A stretch of 10,592 bases of DNA from Candidatus Methylomirabilia bacterium (GTDB lineage Bacteria; Methylomirabilota; Methylomirabilia; Rokubacteriales; CSP1-6). The position numbers were made by a program, and so were the translations under genes. Shown piece by piece: positions 5,927-10,592 of this stretch (position 1 is the first letter of the stretch; every line of letters begins with the position of its first letter). The notes under the pieces were generated by a model. The model did no database searches. It was not told the origin of the DNA and worked only from the letters and a program-made list of their open reading frames with translations. The DNA lies in assembly GCA_041492755.1 (NCBI GenBank), contig JBGPXN010000160.1, positions 1-10,592 of the forward strand, in the 5' to 3' direction.

Positions 5927-8900
5927 CTACGGCGTCCCGTCCAGCGCTCCCTCGGTCGCGGTGGTCAGGGCGTTGAAGTCGACGCCGGGGTCCTTGCCGT
6001 CCGTCCCCTGGTTCTTGAAGAGGCTGGTCGGCGCCAGACTGTAGTTCCCGCCAGCCAGATCGACGAAGCCGACGTTGTCCAGCGTCGCCGGGAAGAAGTT
6101 GTCCGGAGGGTACTGGCCCGGATCGCCGCCGGGCTGGATGTTGCGCCGGAAGACAAAGCCGGGGAAGTAGGTGTTCAGCGTGTCCAGGCCGGGCCCGGTG
6201 CCGGCGCCGTCCACGCCGCCGGTGCCGTTGGGCACGAGGTTGTTGATGTAGACGAAGCGGCCCGAGGCCGCGGTCATAGCTTCGATGACGTTACCGTTCT
6301 GGAAGCCGGTGTTGTGGTCGATGGTGACGTCGGCGCCGCCGCCGATGACCTGGAAGAGCCGCTCGGTCACGTTGAGGAACAGGTTGTTCTGGATGTGGAC
6401 GCGGTTGGTCTGCTGACTGTTCACGCCGCTGGTGGTGTTGTCCACGATGTTGTTGGTGAACGTGACGTCCTGGACCACCGCCCCCGCCACCGTTCCGCTC
6501 GTGTTCGGCGTGCTCACCCAGTTGCGCTGGAAGACGTTGCCGTCCGCGAGCACCCGCTGCGCGTTCTTGAGCTCGAACAAATTCTTCACGAGCCACGGGA
6601 TGCCGGCGTAGGAGGGATCGGCGGGGTTCCACGACAACGGCTTGGCGACGTAGTTGTGGCCGAACTCGATGTCGGAGGGGATCAGGCTCGGAATGCCCGG
6701 ATCGGCCCCGCCGAACATGACGTTCTCGCCCGCGGCTTCGAGGTAGTTGTTGACGATCTTGAAGGGCCCGCTCCCGTTCCAGCTGACGATGGCCTGCGAG
6801 TCGGCCCCCTCCTCGTGGAAGTCGGAGAAGTAGGAGTCGATCACCGCGGTGTGGGCCGTGTTGGCGACGAGGCCACGGCGCACGTTGCCGGTCGGGGTGC
6901 CGTGCACGTAGCAGCGGTCGAAGGTGATGTCGTGCGGCAGCTGGGCCACCGACGTCGCGAGATTGCCATTGACGTCATCGCCGAGGACCACGACGCCGAG
7001 CTGCGTCCCGCTCCGCGTACTCCACGTGGTGGCGATCTCGATGCCGACGAAGCGGTAGTGATGGGCGCCGAAGTCGGCCCGGATGGCGGGCGCGGAGTTC
7101 GGGCTGACGATCTTGGGCATGAGAGCGGCGTGGGCCGGGCTCACGCGGGTGCCGGGGGCAGGGAGGCTCGCGATGGCCGAGGAGCGAACGTAGATCCACG
7201 CCGTTCCCGCCTTGTTCGGAAGGGTGAAGTTGCCGGTGAAGGTGGCGCCCGCCGGCAGCTCGATGATGTCGCCGGGGTTCGCCAGATCGAGCGCCGCCTG
7301 GAGGTCGCCGCCCGTGTTCACCGCGATGACGGCCCCGGCCGGCGGCGCGTAGTCCGTGTCCAGGAGAAGGGCGGCCGCCGCGGGGGACGTGAGCGTGAAC
7401 GTCGCCGTGCACGTCGCGTCGGCGTTGAGCACCAGCGTCGCCGGACTCGTGGCCCCCGTCGGGCACCCCGTGCCGCTCCAACCCGCGAACGCCGAGCCGC
7501 CCGTCCCGGTTGCCGTGATCTGCACCGCCGTGCCCGCCACGTACGTCCCCGCGCCCGTCGTCGTGCCCGTGCCCGTCCCCGCGGCATTGATCGTCAACGC
7601 GTAGGTCGTGAACGTGAACGTCGCCGTGCACGTCGTGTCGGCGTTCAGCACGAGCGTCGCCGGGCTGGCCGTGCCCGCCGGACAGCCCGTTCCGCTCCAT
7701 CCGGTAAACACCGAGCCGCCCGTCGGCGTCGCCGTCAGCTGCACCGACGTCCCCGCCCAGTACGTGCCCGCCCCCGAGATCGTCCCGGACCCGGTCCCCG
7801 CCGCGCTCAACGTCAGCGCGTACTGCCGGTATGGCCACCACATTCCGGTGGCGGTGTACACGTCGTACCGGCCGAACGAGGCTCCCTGGCAATCCGCCGC
7901 CACGGGCGTCGCACACCACACCGACGTGAACACTACGGTCTGCCCATCCCAGGTGGTCGTCGCCTGCGGCTGGGCCTGCACGTCGGGCACGCCCGCATTC
8001 ACCGCCACCTCCGAATGGTGGTGCGCGATCCGCTTCACCCCCTGGCTGCCATCCAGCGCCAGCCAGAAGATTTCCCGCGCGAAGGCCTGTGCGTTCTGGA
8101 CGACGCCGAGGGGGGTGTTCATGTCGGTGACGATCTCGGCCGGGGAGAGGGCGCGGTTATAGACGCGAACCTCGTCGATGAGGCCCTGGAAGAACTGGCC
8201 GAAGACGCTGTCGCCGCCGATCTCGAGAGGATTCGCGGAGGTCGCGATGGCAGTGGTCTTCGGCACGCTGGAGACCTGGGCGCCGTTGACGTAGAGGCGG
8301 ACGTTCGCGCTGTCGTAGGTAACGGCCAGGTGGGTCCAGGTGTTCTCGGCCAAAGTCGCAGTACCGTACGTGCGACCAAAACTGCCGCCCCCCACCGGCT
8401 TTCCGAAGTTGTCCGAAGTCGCCTCGAGGTAGTAGTTGTCGTTGCCTTTGTAGATGACGTCGCGCCAGTTGCTCGTGACGTTCGACGGATTCACCCAGGC
8501 TTCCAGCGTCATGCCCGTGGTCAGCCGAAGCGAGGGAGCATCGTTGATAGTCACGCGCGCGTCGATGCCGTTGAAGGCCAGGGCGCTCCCGAACCTGCCG
8601 CCGGTCGTCCAGCTCGCCCCCGAGATGGCCCCGGTGTTGTTGTTACTGGACAGGTCCGTCACAGTCGTACCGGTGCCCTCGTTGAAGCTGTAGGCGGCGA
8701 CGAGGCCGGGCAGCGGCGGCGGCACGCCCTGGGGCTGGGTGTACGTCGACGCCAGCACCCAGCCCGGGCGCACGCGCGAGGGGATGCCGCTCACGTGACC
8801 CGCCTGCGCGGTCTCCAACAGCAGCGTCTTGCAGGCGGTCGCGCACGCCGGGTCCAGCAGCACGCTCGCCACGCCCGTCTTGCCGCCGAGCTCCGCACTT

Positions 8901-10592
8901 TGCGCGCCGCTCTGCGCCACGTACACCACCACTTCGCGGCCGGCGGCGTCCAGCGCCACGTCCGCCGCGGCGGTGCCCGGGAACAGCGTCTTCTGGAACA
9001 CGAGGTTCCGGTCGTACACCTTCATCCCATCGCTGAAGCTTGCCACCACCCACGTGCCGGTCGGACTCATCGCGACCCACGTCGGCACCGACGGCGCCGG
9101 CCAGGTCGCCAGCACGCTCCCCGCGCTGAGGTCGACCACCACGACGTCGCTCTGGCTCATGGCACAGCACGTCTGATCCGGGTTCAGCGCGAAGCCCTTC
9201 ACCGCCGTGTACCGCCAGTCGTCCGCAGGCCGCCCCGCTTCGATCACCCCGTACTGCGGCAGCGTCATCACCACGTCGACCGTCAGGCTGTCCGCGTGCA
9301 ACACCCGCAGTTCGTTGCCCACCCCGTACAGCACCCGCGTCGGGTCCGTCGGATGCCACGTGAACTCGGCGGCGTTCACACCGGGCATCCACATCAAGAC
9401 CTCGCCCGTCGCCACCCGCAGCAGCGCCCAACGTCCGGTTGAGTCTCCGCCCACGGCCTGTACGAGCGCCAGCGTGCCGTCCGCGTTCAGCCCCGCCGAC
9501 TGCGCCCCTTCGTGCATCAGTCCGAGCCGTGGATGGTAGGCGGGACTCGCGGACGCGTTGACGGTGTCGTCCGGAATCATCGTCGGGTCCGTGATCCGCG
9601 TGATCACGCTGCCCCCGAACGTCGGGTCGGGTGTGGGCGCACGGAGCGCCGGCCGCGCGACTTGCGGCACCGCGTGCACCGTCGCGTCACTCAGGTACGT
9701 AGGCGCGGTCGCCGGCGGTAGCAGCGTGAACTTGGCCGTACACGTCCGGTTCCCGTCCATCACGACGGTCGCCGGCGAGATCGCCGCCACCGGGCAGCCC
9801 ATTCCGCTCCAGCCCGCAAACGAGGAGTCGGCCCCCGGCGTCGCCGTGATCTGTGCCGATGTCCCGATCGTGTACGTCCCCGCTCCCGCCGTCGTGCCCG
9901 AGCCGGTTCCCATCGTGGTGATCGCCAGCGTGTACTGCTTGAGCGCGAACGTCGCCGTGCACGTCGTGTCGGCGTTCAGCACCAGCGGGGCCGGGCTGGC
10001 CGTGCCCGTCGGGCAGTCCGTCCCGCTCCAGCCCGTGAAGTTCGAGTTCGCCGCCGGCGTCGCCGAGATCTGCACCGACGTCCCGGCCGAATACGTCCCG
10101 CCGCCCGTCGTGGTCCCTGACCCGTCACCGGTCGTCGCCAGCGTCAGCGTGTACTGCTTCAGCGTGAACGTCGCCGTGCACGTCGTGTCGCCGTTCAGCA
10201 CCAGCGTCGCCGGGCTCGTCGTCCCCGTCGGACAGCCGGTGCCGCTCCAGCCCGTGAAGTCCGAGTTGCTGGCGGGGGTGGCGGAGATCTGCACGGACGT
10301 GCCGGCCGAATAGCTGCCCGCGCCCGTCATCGTGCCGGACCCGGTGCCCGCCGTGGTAATGGCCAGAGTGAACTGCTTCAGCGTGAACGTCGCCGTGCAC
10401 GTCGTGTCGCTGTTCACCACCACCGTCGCGGGACTCGTCGTCCCCGTCGGGCAGCCCGTCCCGCTCCAGCCGGTGAAGTCCGAGGTCCCCGCCGGCGTGG
10501 CCGTGATCTGCACGGACGTCCCCGCCGCATACGTCCCGGCCCCGCTCGTCGTCCCAGATCCCGTGCCGGCGGTGGTCATTGCCACCGTGAAC
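5927..10592 (-). CDS. Giant modular secreted/surface protein (>1550 aa, 5' end outside the window): InlB B-repeat-like 73-aa repeats, beta-propeller-like region with inserted LamG/ConA-like domain, C-terminal right-handed parallel beta-helix (pectin-lyase-like)
   Basis: Frame stays open to the window edge (...TTC ACG GTG GCA ATG). Thr/Gly/Ala-rich. LamG signature GLVAAYSFNEGTG...MTLEAWV...WTHLAVTYD...LYVNG...FQGLIDEVRVYNRALS. Beta-helix signature GDLQAALDLANPGDIIEL...ITFDRCYVHG...IVNNYLE...VTFTNNIV...IQNNLF...VTIDHNT. Stop TAG 5929-5927. Confidence 0.9.
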   Translation of the reverse strand, partial: FTVAMTTAGTGSGTTSGAGTYAAGTSVQITATPAGTSDFTGWSGTGCPTGTTSPATVVVNSDTTCTATFTLKQFTLAITTAGTGSGTMTGAGSYSAGTSVQISATPASNSDFTGWSGTGCPTGTTSPATLVLNGDTTCTATFTLKQYTLTLATTGDGSGTTTGGGTYSAGTSVQISATPAANSNFTGWSGTDCPTGTASPAPLVLNADTTCTATFALKQYTLAITTMGTGSGTTAGAGTYTIGTSAQITATPGADSSFAGWSGMGCPVAAISPATVVMDGNRTCTAKFTLLPPATAPTYLSDATVHAVPQVARPALRAPTPDPTFGGSVITRITDPTMIPDDTVNASASPAYHPRLGLMHEGAQSAGLNADGTLALVQAVGGDSTGRWALLRVATGEVLMWMPGVNAAEFTWHPTDPTRVLYGVGNELRVLHADSLTVDVVMTLPQYGVIEAGRPADDWRYTAVKGFALNPDQTCCAMSQSDVVVVDLSAGSVLATWPAPSVPTWVAMSPTGTWVVASFSDGMKVYDRNLVFQKTLFPGTAAADVALDAAGREVVVYVAQSGAQSAELGGKTGVASVLLDPACATACKTLLLETAQAGHVSGIPSRVRPGWVLASTYTQPQGVPPPLPGLVAAYSFNEGTGTTVTDLSSNNNTGAISGASWTTGGRFGSALAFNGIDARVTINDAPSLRLTTGMTLEAWVNPSNVTSNWRDVIYKGNDNYYLEATSDNFGKPVGGGSFGRTYGTATLAENTWTHLAVTYDSANVRLYVNGAQVSSVPKTTAIATSANPLEIGGDSVFGQFFQGLIDEVRVYNRALSPAEIVTDMNTPLGVVQNAQAFAREIFWLALDGSQGVKRIAHHHSEVAVNAGVPDVQAQPQATTTWDGQTVVFTSVWCATPVAADCQGASFGRYDVYTATGMWWPYRQYALTLSAAGTGSGTISGAGTYWAGTSVQLTATPTGGSVFTGWSGTGCPAGTASPATLVLNADTTCTATFTFTTYALTINAAGTGTGTTTGAGTYVAGTAVQITATGTGGSAFAGWSGTGCPTGATSPATLVLNADATCTATFTLTSPAAAALLLDTDYAPPAGAVIAVNTGGDLQAALDLANPGDIIELPAGATFTGNFTLPNKAGTAWIYVRSSAIASLPAPGTRVSPAHAALMPKIVSPNSAPAIRADFGAHHYRFVGIEIATTWSTRSGTQLGVVVLGDDVNGNLATSVAQLPHDITFDRCYVHGTPTGNVRRGLVANTAHTAVIDSYFSDFHEEGADSQAIVSWNGSGPFKIVNNYLEAAGENVMFGGADPGIPSLIPSDIEFGHNYVAKPLSWNPADPSYAGIPWLVKNLFELKNAQRVLADGNVFQRNWVSTPNTSGTVAGAVVQDVTFTNNIVDNTTSGVNSQQTNRVHIQNNLFLNVTERLFQVIGGGADVTIDHNTGFQNGNVIEAMTAASGRFVYINNLVPNGTGGVDGAGTGPGLDTLNTYFPGFVFRRNIQPGGDPGQYPPDNFFPATLDNVGFVDLAGGNYSLAPTSLFKNQGTDGKDPGVDFNALTTATEGALDGTP
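7393..7830 (-). repeat. Two more copies of the 219-nt (73-aa) repeat between the propeller and the beta-helix
   Basis: Anchor recurs at 7612 and 7393 (219 nt apart), with the same GWSGxGC...TCTATF pattern. Confidence 0.92.
9724..10592 (-). repeat. Tandem 219-nt (73-aa) coding repeats, four copies in the window (the first clipped by the window edge)
   Basis: Anchor 'gcg(t/c)gaac' recurs at 10381, 10162, 9943 and 9724, an exact 219-nt period. Consensus (Y/F)TLxxTTxGTGSGTxxGAGTYxAGTSVQIxATPxxxSxFxGWSGxxCPxGxxSPATxVxNxDTTCTATF. Confidence 0.95.

Noticed and set aside
5897..5929. Inverted repeat TAGCCGC/GCGGCTA spanning both convergent stop codons as a terminator
   Set aside because: Only 7 bp with a 19-nt loop and no U-tract on either strand, too weak to call.
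6314..9442. 1042-aa plus-strand ORF
   Set aside because: Antisense mirror of the large surface-protein gene; stop depletion is explained by GC3 bias.
9724..10592. Regularly spaced DNA repeats as a CRISPR array or mobile-element repeat
   Set aside because: The period is 219 nt (a multiple of 3), the intervening sequence is homologous and coding, and no cas or transposase genes are present.

Overview
High-GC bacterial window with typical GC3-rich coding. It resembles Rokubacteria/Methylomirabilota-like or similar soil bacteria, but that taxonomy is only an impression. Left to right on the + strand: the 3' end of a DAO/sarcosine-oxidase-type FAD oxidoreductase; a hidden selenoprotein; a tandem EthD/DUF4286-like protein; and an alpha/beta hydrolase. 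The ORF track splits the selenoprotein into 539..820 and 1028..2137, but it is one open frame 539..2137 with an in-frame UGA (motif D-U-G-S-C) followed by a bacterial SECIS-like hairpin, i.e. a UGSC-family domain fused to a ~350-aa conserved partner domain. Next come a small minus-strand membrane protein and a probably leaderless LLM-class flavin monooxygenase translationally coupled to an NADPH-dependent FMN reductase. The right 4.7 kb, on the - strand, is the 3' part of a giant modular surface protein: 73-aa Cys-containing repeats, a beta-propeller-like region interrupted by a LamG domain, and a C-terminal parallel beta-helix. The selenoprotein fusion and its gene context are the most interesting element.
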